NCBI GenBank assembly: GCA_047495785.1
Contig: JBLDXI010000015.1
Location: 2,604,001 to 2,668,000, forward strand
From: Lepidodermella squamata
Taxonomy: Eukaryota > Animalia > Gastrotricha
Direction of reading: 5' to 3'
DNA: 64,000 nucleotides
Shown one piece after another: positions 36,259 to 48,122 of the stretch; positions within the stretch are counted from its first letter, which is position 1, and every line of letters starts with the position of its first letter. The notes under the pieces are model-generated. The model made no database searches. It was not told the DNA's origin and saw only the letters and a program-made list of their open reading frames with translations. Made by a program: the position numbers and the translations under genes.

Positions 36259-37197
36259 AAAAAAATTATTAACAACTTGATTTATAGTATAAAAACGTTC
36301 TAGAAACAAATTTCAAATTTAAAAGGAAATTAAATTTTAATAAATTTAAAAATAAAATAAAAATAGACATGTAATAAAATTGAGTGCTGGAAAAGAATAT
36401 ATGGCCTAAATTAGGTAATAAATTCCATTGAGACTTTATTTATGGGGTTTTACGTCAACAGACGGATTTCCGCGCCCAAAAATGGTAATTTTGCGCCTAT
36501 GAAACGGAGGCTGAATGTTACGCATAGTTGCATGTTGCATATTATGGCTGATGAAAACGGCAGCAACGCCGTCAATAATGCCAACATGTTATAACAATAA
36601 TTCTATTACGGCTTTTCAGCCGTGGAAAGCAGAAATAATTTTCACATTATGAATCGAGTGTGGATTTACTGTTTAAATTTTAGTTGACTGATTTTTACGA
36701 CTCGTGCTGTAAAATCATGCGCTAATCGCGTGTCACTTGACTCAGCTGTTGAAGCAGGCCTTTTATTGGAGCAAGAAATATTGAGCTAATAGACAGGTGG
36801 CGATTTCATCAATCTACTGCCAGTTCGATGAGCACACACAGATAAAACCAGCAGTTATCTACTGCCATTGATTATTCTGAAATTGAACCAGATTCGAGTT
36901 ATATTTCGATTTGCTGGAATTTGTATCTGCATTCTGATAATTGACGCAAACTTATTGAATGATTTATTCCTGATTTTCTGGAAAATTTTCAAAATTAAAT
37001 ATTGTTCGAACTTCACAGTGTATAAAACTTGAAGACCGATCGCATATAGGATTTTATTGCGTGGTTGGAAAAATCCGGATCTCGCTTCAAAAATGCAAAC
37101 CACGAAAAATTCTCCAATACTTTTTACCGGTTTTAACCTGTTTCAAGAGCAAGTCTCCTACACAAAAACAGCAAAAATCACAAAAAATCACAGCAAA

Positions 37198-39546
37198 ATG
37201 TTTCCGAATGAGCTAACCGCGGCAATAGAAGGTCATGTTAAATACATCTTCGACAAGTCACAGGCTATAATTATTTTCATCAATAGTTACGAATCGATTT
37301 CCATTCTTTGTTGATGAGGTCTACGCTTTTTTGAGCGAAATAATTGGCATATGGTGGACATCAAGCGTTGCCATGTGAGAAGTAACTTCCCAAGAGACAC
37401 TCGATCGATCAATCAACCGCTTTTTTCAGCAAAAATGAGGCGAATCGATTTGAAACCATTGTTATAGCGATAACCCAAGTGCACAATCATCCTGCTTTTT
37501 TTACCTCCGCAGAATATTTCAAGCTCGATTTTGAAACCTGACTAACAAAATCACAAATTTAAACGCGATGAATTTCAGCTCAAAAACGTATGAATTCGCT
37601 TCGAGTTTGGCGGCTATGTAAGAGTTTAAAATTCCGAGAAAACTCAAATTTTTAAAGCACAATTTTTAGTTATCGACCTCCGCCACTGAACGCCTCATTA
37701 GCTTGGACTCGAGGCGTTGTACCCTATGAGATTGACCACGACTCGTTCCCTCGCGGCATCTATTTCGGAGCCTTGGAAAGCATCATGTGGGCCATGGAAC
37801 AGTTCAATCGCTACACCGTCGTGCAATTCGCACAGAAGACTAACGAATTTGATTTCTTGAACTTCACGTATCACCCACTTCCGACAAGGTCATCGCATGT
37901 CGGCAGGCAAGGCGGGCGGCAGGTCTTGTACCTGACGGGTGACGCGCCGAAAGAGGTCCTCCTCCACGAGTTGATGCATGTCATTGGATTCCAGCATGAT
38001 TCATCGCAAGTGGGACACGGCAAATATGTGTCTAATATCGATATCAAAGATCCGAATAATATTAGGTAAAAATTTATCGGCGAATTGACGAAATTTTCGA
38101 ATATCGCTGCTGAAAAAGTTAATCAAGATTGCACAATCCAATTTAAGCATTTTTCCACCGACTTTTTCGATTTTTGACGATTTTGATGTTTTACTCTCGC
38201 GATCGATAAAGATGCACCCAGTGACCTCAGATTTATTATTTCATTTATCTGGTACCATCAGGCTTGCAGGAAAATTTCAATATTGGCTACCGAGCCTGAT
38301 GATATCGGAAAAATCACTGATTTTAAAAATCGATATTAGGAATCGATATCGAATGTCAAGTATACAGCATGTCCCATAAGTAACTCAAACAAAGGAAATT
38401 CACGGAAAAGGGATCAGGAACTCTTAAAAATGCGGCGAATCTTGAACAAAAATCAAAAAGCCTTAAATAGTTATCAAGCGTGTGTCACTTGTCAGTGGGA
38501 TCCGGAGAAATTCGGTGAAACTGGGTAAAATACCGAAAATACCGAACCAGTTACCATCGGGGTTTTACGGGAATTTCCCGGTAAAATTGCGGACAAAAGA
38601 TGGCAGTTTTAAGCCTGAAGGTCAAAAAAAGTTGAATTTTCTACAAAAATTTTCAAAATTTGAAAATTGTTGCGCCATGGGACACACTGTAACCATTTTT
38701 AATAAATGATAAATTTATTTAGTTAATTTATTAATTTGATAATTAATAATTAATAATCATAAATAATTTGATAATTAAATTTTGTATAGTAATTATTATG
38801 AGATTATTTTATAAGATTTTCAACGATTTTTCGCTCACTTTTTCTTACTTCTTACCTTAATTTTGGGACAAAAATGTTTGCTCTTAGCTCAACTCGCGAA
38901 ATGAACCTAAACTATCATTATAAAAATTCTCTTTTTTTCCAGGTTGAGCGGATGCGTAATTATAGGTTCATTCGATGCCGAATCTGTAATGCACTACCCA
39001 TGCAGTTTTACCAATCCCTACAACAACAGTCAATTATTACGCCGTAACGAAACCAATCGAACACCCAGACTAGCCAGCCTCAGCCAAAGCGATATCGCCG
39101 CTGTGAATCAACTATACGGCGCTAAAAATTCGCCCCCAATTTACACCGACGTATCTTTTATGAGCTGCCGAACATGCTACGGCGACAAGTCGAAAGCAGC
39201 AATTTGTTCGAAATGCGCCGAAACCGAGCATTTCGGTCATCAAATGTCACCCATCGATGATTTCACTGTCATGGCGTGCCGGTGTGGCCGTTACCAGAAT
39301 CGAATGGCGTTATGCACGGCGGTGTTGAGTGACAAAAAGTACGTACGGCAGAGTGTCTACGTGTGCTACGACTGTTTCGACGTCGCCAAGTACCGCAAAG
39401 AGTACAAGGGCTTGTCACCCGGCGTGTGTTACAATTGTGTCACCCGATGTCATAAGGGACATAACATTCAACTACTCGAGCGATGTGCGCCTTTTTATTG
39501 CGATTGTGGCCTGCTAATTTGTCGCATCGCTTGCCAGGCAAAATAA
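37198..39546 (+). CDS. Astacin-like (M12A) metalloprotease fused to two UBR-box zinc fingers; exons 37198-37231, 37287-37374, 37579-37617, 37670-38065, 38943-39546
   Basis: 'WTRGVVPYEI', 'SHVGRQGGRQVL', 'HELMHVIGFQH', Met-turn 'FDAESVMHY', 'LSQSDIAAVNQLY'. Then 'CRTC...ICSKCAETEHFGH...CRCG' and 'CT...YVRQSVYVCYDC...GVCYNCVTRCHKGH...FYCDCG'. The first three exons are hand-inferred from phase-consistent GT-AG sites. Confidence 0.8.
38508..38600 (+). repeat. Representative copy of a dispersed repeat of about 100 bp (other copies about 16324-16422, 18700-18785, 43780-43890; reverse about 40333-40405, 40480-40535)
   Basis: Shared core GGGTAAAATACC(G/A)AA...T(A/G)CC...TTACCATCGGG..TTTT. Confidence 0.7.
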
Positions 39547-39961
39547 CAATTTTCAGGAATAAAATTGACAAGATTATTTAGTGCAATTTTTTTTTATTGC
39601 CACAATAATTAGCTATTAAAATGATTTTCGCAATAATCACGTGTCTGAGACATTGCCTCGATACAGGAAATTAGCCATGTTAATGCTAATTCTTGCATTG
39701 GACCGTATTTATACAAATAAGATGAGTAAACAAACGACATTGTTTTTCGGTGCAAATGCGTCAATTCGAGCAAATTCCAGAGACATTAATATACCTGTGG
39801 GACTCAATCGAAGTGAGAACACAGAAAAATGAAAAATTCCACCTTAAAACAATTTTTTATTAATTATTAATAATTATTATTTGTTTTCATTATTATTGAG
39901 AATAACAAATTTATTTCATTTTATTAATTATTATTGAAATATTATAGATTTTTTGCAAAAA

Positions 39962-40946
39962 ATGGCTTTTAAATCAGTGAGTTTCTTCGTTTTAATGTCC
40001 CTCGTTGCCAAGCAAACGTCGGCTGCAGTGTCAGCAACTTGTTCAGACCCATGCAGCTCTACGATTGGCACGCTGTCGCTTACCAGCTTGGATACATCCG
40101 TCACATGTGCTTCCACGGTTGACAAATCCAAGGTGACAAGTGCACCCGCTGTCAAGTACGCGAGTGCCGTCACAGGATCCCTGTACACCCTCATAATGGT
40201 CGACCCAGACGCGCCTGCGCCTAATTGCCCGACCAGTTTGTACTACAAGCACTGGCTTGTTACCAACATCCCTGGAGCAACTCTGTCTGCAGGGTAATCA
40301 AATTTGCAAAATTAAAAAAAAAATTCTTTAAACTTACCTGAGAAAACCCGAAAAACCCCGGATGGTAAATGGCTTGGCAATTATCGGTATTTTACCCTGA
40401 ATTTATGTTGGTAAAATAATGTTTACTTATCTCCGGAAAGCGATGCTAGCGGTATTTTCCAAATTTCCGAACCTAATTTCCGAAAAACCCGAAAAAGCGG
40501 TAATATCGGTATTTTATACCCAGTTTTACCAAATTTCTGTTGTTTTATTATTATGTCTGAATTGTTGATTTTTTATTAGAACCAGCGATTTGGGAACCTC
40601 AGGTAAAGATTGGACAATCGTCACCGCTTACGAAGCTCCAGCCCCAACTAAAGGCGCTCATCGCTATCAATTTTTCCTAATGAAACAAACCGCTTCGTTG
40701 AGCGTCGCGGCCGATACTACCCGCGATAGTTTCGACCTGGTCGGCTTCGTTAAAACCAACAGTTTAACAACGTTGACGGCTGGCTTTGCGTACAAGGTTG
40801 ACAGTGGAGCGGCTGATAGCTGCACAGCGACTACAACATCCTGCGTCAGTTTATTTTCCGCCGCTAGCAGCCGTTTTTCTGCAGCCAACACTGCGACAAC
40901 AATAGCGGCAGCGTGTTTTTTCGTTGTTTTAGCGCGGCTTATGTAA
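39962..40946 (+). CDS. PEBP/RKIP-family protein with signal peptide and GPI-like tail (exons 39962-40293, 40580-40946)
   Basis: 'YTLIMVDPDAP', 'HWLVTNIPG', 'YEAPAPTKGAHRYQFFL'; hydrophobic N- and C-termini. Confidence 0.88.
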
Positions 40947-41331
40947 TCGCGGTTTCTTCACACTTTGGAGGGCTGAAAGCCGGCCGCAAGACTGGAACCT
41001 TGTTTAATATATATCTGTGGATTTATAGCCCCGAAATTTACCCTATTAATAATAATAAATAACCTCGCTTTTGCTTTCCTAAAATACACCATATAATTAA
41101 TTTTTACTTTTATTTTTATGCTAGCTCTTCCGCTTATCCGATATTTTATCCTAATAAAAGAGATAAAATATGAATAATGATCAATTTTTAACACAATTAT
41201 TCACGAGTCTTATTTACCCTTTGGCCGTGACTTGTCAATTTATCAATGAACGCTCTGCATTTATTTTTCGATTTTTTGTTTATATTTCAGCCTCCATCGT
41301 TGATCGCGTGCTGTCAGCGTAAACAGTGATT

Positions 41332-42265
41332 CATTCGCTAGTTTTTATTAAATTTTGACTTTCGCTAGCAAAAACTATCGAGCAAGTTTTCATAATTTTA
41401 CTGGCGTTTTTTCATTGAAATTTACGATAAATGCTTGGCGGGTAAGTTTAAAGGTCGCTTATCAACTGACATATTAGGGTCAAGTGCGCGTCGAAGTGCC
41501 GCACTAAGCCGCATTGACCCACGCAATTAAATTGTGTGCCAATGGGCGGAGCTTACGACGTGATGACGCAATGATTCATACCCGGTCTTACCAGTGTGCA
41601 TACGCAAATTAGCGACCCGGCTGGCAGTGCGGGCAGTCCAAGACCCCGGCAAAATTTTTTTTTAAAAAAAGTATCGCTTCTCGGCCTTTTTGGCTATGAT
41701 CAAAGTGTAGTATCTGTTCTTTGTAGTTTAATATCTACAACGGCCTCCATGTGGGGCCTACGATATTAGCCCTATTTTTGGCTAGCCGTGCGGGAGCAGC
41801 CAGCTTGCTGGACCCCGTCCACGAGTCGGCCCGGTATTGCAGTACCTCCGGGATTCGGCTCACCCCCTGAAACATGGGGAATGAAACTAAAAATAAAACA
41901 CTTTTAGGCCTATGAGGTGTAAATTTAATAATTGCGTTTTTAAAAGCAGCGGGACGATAGACATCACTTTAAGACGGTCTCTCCATTACCAAGGAGTGGG
42001 ACAAGGCGTCACATTTTATTCGCGCATTTGACACTTTTTGTGCGCGAGAGAAGCGCATCATCGGCGTGCGCGCAGCCAGGCGTAACGCCTTAAAAAGCGC
42101 GCGCTCACAGCGTGAAAAACAAATAGCCTAGAGTTTTTATAATAATTATGAAACATCGTCCATTGACAATGTTAACACGCGGACACTGATACACCTACAC
42201 ATCTCGTGAGAGTGCTCGATAGTTTTTGCTAGCGAAAGTCAAAATTTAATAAAAACTAGCGAATG
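41332..42265. repeat. Perfect 53-bp inverted repeat pair (41332-41384, 42213-42265) enclosing the U2 gene
   Basis: CATTCGCTAGTTTTTATTAAATTTTGACTTTCGCTAGCAAAAACTATCGAGCA and its exact reverse complement. Confidence 0.92.
41673..41866 (+). ncRNA. U2: U2 spliceosomal snRNA
   Basis: ATCGCTTCTCGGCCTTTTTGGCT...GATCAAAGTGTAGTATCTGTTCTT (branch-site pairing GTAGTA), stem IIa TTGTAG-TTTAATAT-CTACAA, Sm site ATTTTTG, stem-loop IV with TATTGCAGTA. The 3' end is approximate. Confidence 0.97.
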
Positions 42266-42458
42266 CAGCAATTTTTATCGGCGAAAAGAATAAGAGGCAC
42301 ACAATTGAAACACGTTTCAGCACGAGCGCGGGAAAAGATTCATCACAATGCCAAAGTAGTAACCGTTATGCATAATGAGCAACCTTAATTTTAATTTTTT
42401 TTTTCAATTTTTTTTATAATTTTTTTTATTGAAATAATGCAATATTTTAGGAAACAAA

Positions 42459-45400
42459 ATGAGGGATTTAGTCACAAATTTATCAATTTTTATTGTGTTA
42501 TTATACTCAATCGACTCGATCGCCGAAGAGACTGAGGATTATTACGATACGGATCAACCCGGCGCTGCTCCGGCACCTGTAGGCGGAGGCCCTATTACGG
42601 GTGATAATTACGGAATGGGTGACTACGGCGAGACTGAAGTCTCTGAACCTTCGTCCTTCCTCAACATTGGCGCGCCTTGTAACCCGGACAACGACGACTG
42701 CGGTGCTAATATGGAATGCCGTAAGGTGACCTACTGTCCAGGTGAGGAGCCGACGTGTCAGTGCGCCGCCGGTTGGGCGGAAGATAAATCGGGGAAAACG
42801 TGCCGCAAACTGGTCGAACTCGGCCAGGCGTGTTTAGGCACCGATTTGCAATGCGCGGCTGAGAATTCGTTCTGCAACGCAACGCTGAACAAGTGCCAGT
42901 GCCGGCCGGACTACAAGCCGGGGCCGAATGGCAACGACTGCGTTTGGACGTGGAAGACGCTGTTTTATGGCCAGACGTGTCGCAAAACTATCCAGTGCCA
43001 CTACAACATGTCCTGTGATAACTTTGTCTGTTCTTGCCCTCCTGGATCTCGAGGTATAAATGAAAATTGATGATAATTATTTTTTCGTAAATTTCATAAC
43101 CTGGTATCAAACGCTAGCTGTTCTACTTTTCAGATGATTTAAAAAATGAATAGGCCGCGTCAGCAAAGGGATGACGAGGCTTGATACTGAAAATAATGAC
43201 GCATAAACAACGCTTTGAAATTTATTTGGATTTTTTTTAATTAATCCTGGAATTTCGAATAATGGAAAGGCATTTTTATCTTTTAACATTATTCCAAAAA
43301 ATTGAGGATTTTAATTTAATTTCAATTTTTAATTCAACATTTATGTGGTCAGACTTTTCAGCGGTGACACTTCAGCAAATAAGGGTCAAATCAGCAGTGA
43401 CATTTCATCAGTGACGCACCTTGTCAGTAAACATTTCATAAAAATCACATTTTAGTATTAATTTAAATAATTCTTGTAGACAAGTGAGCAGTGACATTTC
43501 AGCAGAGACAGTCCCCCTGCTGAATACGGCTGAAATTCTGTTGATGAAATGTCCCCGCTGAAATGTCACTGCGCAAATGTCACCGAAATAAAGATAATAA
43601 ATTTGGAAAAATAGAGGATAAATTATCAAAAATCACTGCTGACTTGTCACTGATGATTTGTCACTGCACAAATGTCGCAGCTCAACTGTCACTGCTCATT
43701 TGACCCTCATTTGCTGAAATGTCACTGCTGAAAAGTCGTTAACCCAAAATTTAATGTTCGCAAGTAAACTCAAGTGAAAAAATTGGGTCCCACCGGGTAA
43801 AATACCAAATAATACCGAACCGATTACCATCGGGTTTTCCTGGTTTTCTTCGGTAAATTCTTCATTTCTTTGGTCAAATCGCGGATAAAGACGCGGATAG
43901 AGACAGGTTTAATTTCACAGAATAAGTTAAAAGCTATGAACCTAAAGCATTTAGTTGCAAAATCAAAATATGGTTGCCCAAATTTTGGGACACGCTGTGA
44001 ATCACACAAAAAATTGCCAACATTTCGGTATATTACCTTTTAGCCCTAATATTCTTTTAAAAGGAGCTTGAATTAAAATGAAAAAGAAATAACCAACGTA
44101 ATCTAAATTCCTTAGTTTCGATTAAATCCATTTCTGAATAATATTTTTACCTTTCCTTCCTATAAATTAAATAAAAAACTGGTTATCAAACATATCCTAT
44201 AAATTAATTGTGATTATTTTCAATTTTTCAATTTTTAGTGGACACCAAAAACAACGCTCAATGCATGATCAGTAAGTGGATTTTTTTCAATTTTTCTCCT
44301 CGATCGATAAAATTTTCAATTCAGATGGCCTAGACGGAAGTTGTACAAGCGACGAGCATTGTTTCCGGCGAAATTCCGTCTGCATCTTAGGCAAATGTTC
44401 ATGCGAAGCCGGCTACTCAGCAATGTCCCTTCGCTTCGGCTCGGTCAGCGCCCCGGTGCAGGAAGTCTGCGTCGCCGCCAAAGTTCAACGCCGCCGCGTT
44501 GGCGAAACCTGCTCAGTCGCCTATCCGTTCGACCAGGGTGTCTGCATCCAAGGCCTCGTTTGCTCAACGCAATGCTCAAACGCCAGCCCGAACCCGATTT
44601 GTGTCAACCCTAGAGACAACAAAGGCCTAACCACGACTAAAGCTCCGCCCCCTAAAGTTCGAGTGCCAATCTACGGCGATAGGTGTACCTCGAGTTCAGA
44701 ATGCGTGACTACAGACGGTTCTTTGACTTGCAAACGGCCGATGCCAGCGGTTTGTAAGCCCGGTCAGCAGGCCAACCCGGGCCAACAGGGTGTCTGCGGG
44801 TGCTCTGATGGGTTCTACCTAAGCGGGGTCAACAAATGCTCTAGGAAACCAGCCGGTGTCTACCTGGGCCAGTCTTGCTCGATTTACCTGAAAAACGACA
44901 TAACCGGTAATTGCCAGGCCGATGGGTCGGTGTGCGTCGGCGGGATGTGCATATGCAAATTAGGCTATAAACCAGGCCCTCGGGGTGACGATTGCGTTTC
45001 GAATTGGAAGACCCAGTTCCACGGCGAGGAGTGCCACGATTCCATCCAGTGCCACTACAACATGTTATGCATCAACGGGACTTGCTCTTGTATCGGCGTT
45101 GGGCTACCGGCTAAACCGATTTCTCAAGAGGGCGCCATAGTCGAGTGCACCCGGGTGAACGCGGGTGACAGGTGCGCTGGGGAAAACGATTGCTCCGGGG
45201 TGGCTAACGGGTTCTGTTCGAAATTTTCGCAGCGTTGCGAATGTAAAGAAGGCTACGTATCAACAACCTTCCACCTTGGCTCGCCCGATGACGTAACAAC
45301 CCGTTGTTTGCCTAAAGAATTAAGGTTGAGAGATGAGGGCGAGGAGTGTACCGTGGGGCCGTCGCTTGATGACACCCTGTCGCGATTGGCGCCTAATTTT

Positions 45401-46019
45401 GAGGTGGCCATGCCGTGCGCGGCGAGTTTTTATTGTGCCAAATGTACGGGCGATGTTGAGAAGTCGATTTGCATGCCGAGGGACATGACGCTGGCGAGAA
45501 AGACGCAAAATACCCCGCCACCGCAGCAGGATGATGATTCACAGGCGACGGAAATTCCGCGGCCACTGGCGCCCCTTACCCCGAGAACTACCACGGCGAG
45601 AACTTCCGGCGGTTCTTTTCGCGCGGTTTCTGATGATTCTCAAAAATTGGTAATTTTTCTGAAAATTCCTTTATAAAAAGAGTCACCCTAAATTTAGTCC
45701 TCCGGCCCTAAATTTGAGGCGACAGCACTAGATTTCCGCAAAACCGATAATATCGATTCCAAATATCGATTTTTCGATTTCAGAACCAAAATCAGACACT
45801 AAAATATGAAATAATCAGAAAAATTAAGGAAAACATGAACTTCCATTTTATTGGACCATGACATAACTTCACACATTTTTTCAAAATTTAAAAATATTTT
45901 CAATTTTTTTTCAGATGCAACCTTTGAGGACCAGTGCTCCGAATCGACCGATTTTAAGCTGGAGTTTGGCAACACTAAATTTTATGGCTATTTTATCTAA
46001 ACTTGTGCACTTGCTTTGA
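42459..46019 (+). CDS. Secreted/GPI-type cysteine-rich protein with repeated EB-module/EGF-like units (exons about 42459-43053, 44240-44271, 44326-45649, 45915-46019)
   Basis: Signal peptide, acidic N-terminus, repeats such as 'GQAC...C...NSFC...CQCRPDY', an internally duplicated 'WKT.F.G..C...IQCHYNM.C' unit, hydrophobic final exon. Confidence 0.78.
43352..43737. mobile_element. MITE-like foldback element in an intron
   Basis: GACTTTTCAGCGGTGACACTTCAGCAAATAAGGGTCAAAT... vs ...ATTTGACCCTCATTTGCTGAAATGTCACTGCTGAAAAGTC; internal CAGTGACATTTCA repeats flip orientation at the centre. Confidence 0.8.
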
Positions 46020-46449
46020 TCGAGGAAATTGCGAATATAGCCACATTTTCCAGTCATTCGATGCATTTTTGAATACTCATCTCTGAGGCACGCTTTTAAA
46101 TAATATTTCAACTCGCTCAAAATTATTTAACTTTTTAATTGTTATAAACTCAATTATTTGTCGTGGTCACCTATTATGTAATTTAATGAATAATTATACT
46201 CGGAAAAATCTGAAGTAAAACTGAACGGAATGACGGTGAAATGTTTTTGTATTTTTCTGTCTCTTGGCCAATATTTACCTGTCGATTAATCACGTGAATT
46301 TATCTTCAATGTAAACTCAAACGGAGAAATAATTATTGAACAATGTCTACAGCACCCAATATTTACCCTAAATTGTCTCCACGAAGCGGGAAAGCCAAGG
46401 TTCAGGTATTTCAGTTCTATTTTGAAAAAAAACTTATTTCCAGGTCGAA

Positions 46450-48122
46450 ATGACAGTTTTTCTCGCCGCCTTTACCCTGTTAGCTTTGAATAGCTTTCAA
46501 GCAACGCTCGCGGCAACTACTACGACAAAAAAGCCGACGACCCCGATGGCGACCCAAAAATGCGGAATTACCGAATTTACGACCGATGCGGCTGGAATGT
46601 CCAAAATCAGGCCACAATACGGTGTCGAGGCGATAAAATTTTTGAGCGATCCTTACGCGCGGTGAATTTTAAAATTTTTCAAATCTTTAATCGAAATTTC
46701 GCGAATTAATAGCTCCGAATTTCCCTGGCACGTTTTTATTTACGAAAGTGAAACGACTCCCCAAGACCAGCCGTCATGTTCGGCAGTACTAATCGACTCA
46801 AATTGGGTCTTAGCTTCGACCAAGTGCTCCGTAATTGACCCAGCGTAAATTATTATCTTAATGTGGGTCACATTTTATAAATAATTTTAATCTTTAGTAA
46901 AGCGAATAAAAAAGATCCTGTTATTCGTTTGGCGTTCGAAAGCGCTGATCGGAAGTCAATTGATGATCGCGGCCGTATCAACCCTACGTTATTTATGGCT
47001 AAACAAAGCCAAGTAGTTCCCCAGGCCAACGTCAATGTTAATCCGAATGGATTTCCATTCGCAATGATTCAACTGCCAAGAAAGTTTTTCGCGACAAAAT
47101 TCGCCAAATTTTGTATTTCCAAGTTTTTTCAGGACCGATAGCAATCGGGCCTCAGATTCAACCGCTTTGCCTGCCACTCGCGACCGGGCAATGCGGGGCT
47201 AATAATCGATTCAACGTTGGATCATGCCTGCCGGAGAAAAGTTGAGATTGTCCCCAAGTAATTCATCATTACTAATTATTTTTCTATTAAGTTGCTGTGG
47301 TTGTCGGCTGGGCTTCCTCCGCAGTACTGACCACGGCGGCTGGATCCACGGCTTCGATCAGCGACAGGATTCTAGCTGATATCCTCGGCTTCAGTAGCAG
47401 CTCATCAACTACTCCAATTACGCAGCAGCAATGTTTAATTAACGGTAACGGCGGCGAAATTAGAAGTTATAATTAGAGGAAATTGTATAAAATTTCTCCT
47501 ATTAAGCTTCTCTGCAAAAATACGTGACTTACATCCCAGAGTCTGCTGCCGGCACATCAGCGGATCCGACTGCTTGCGGCAGACCGGACAGGGCGATGAC
47601 TCAGGTAAGACTATCAAAAAAGCTTCAACATCCAGTCTAAGACCATAATTTTTCATTTAAAATATTAAAATTAAAATTAAACACATTGTGTCCCAAAAAT
47701 ACGTGTAATAGGGATCAGAAAATATAAAAGGATGGGCAAAATCACAGAAAAATTTCAAATGCCATGAGAATGAAAAATAAGAACGGAACTTGTTATTGGG
47801 AAAAAAGCCAGAGACAAATCCTGGTCCAACCAAGAATCATACTAATTAAAAATGTCTCCGATAAAAGTGCAAAAATAATTTTTTTTTAATTATGAAGTGA
47901 ATTTTAGTTAAATTTTAGGGAATAGAATTCCCAGTCAAAAATTATAAATATATATTAATCTTTTCTTCTCTTGTGTTGTAGTTCGACCAAACGGCAGCAA
48001 TTTTGGGTATCGAGGGCGATCATTACGTTTTTTGCGGCTTCCACAACGGCCAAGGCTGCGACATTTCGGTTTGCCCGGTTCAGAAGTGGATCATCGAAAT
48101 TCTCATGAAAAGTTCCGGTTAA
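46450..48122 (+). CDS. Trypsin-fold serine-protease homolog, catalytically inactive (multi-exon)
   Basis: Signal peptide, 'CG', 'EFPWHVFI', 'CSAVLIDSNWVLASTKC' (AAHC lost), 'FAMIQLP', 'IQPLCLP', 'VVGWA', C-terminal 'VQKWI'. No GDSGG. Confidence 0.75.

Noticed and set aside
42440-42461. AG acceptor just before several start codons (also about 37193, 46443) as evidence of SL trans-splicing
   Set aside because: Equally explained by 5'-UTR introns; no SL RNA seen in the window.
43352-43737. Regularly spaced short repeats resembling a CRISPR array
   Set aside because: Eukaryotic intron, orientation flips at the centre, no constant repeat-spacer period, no cas genes.
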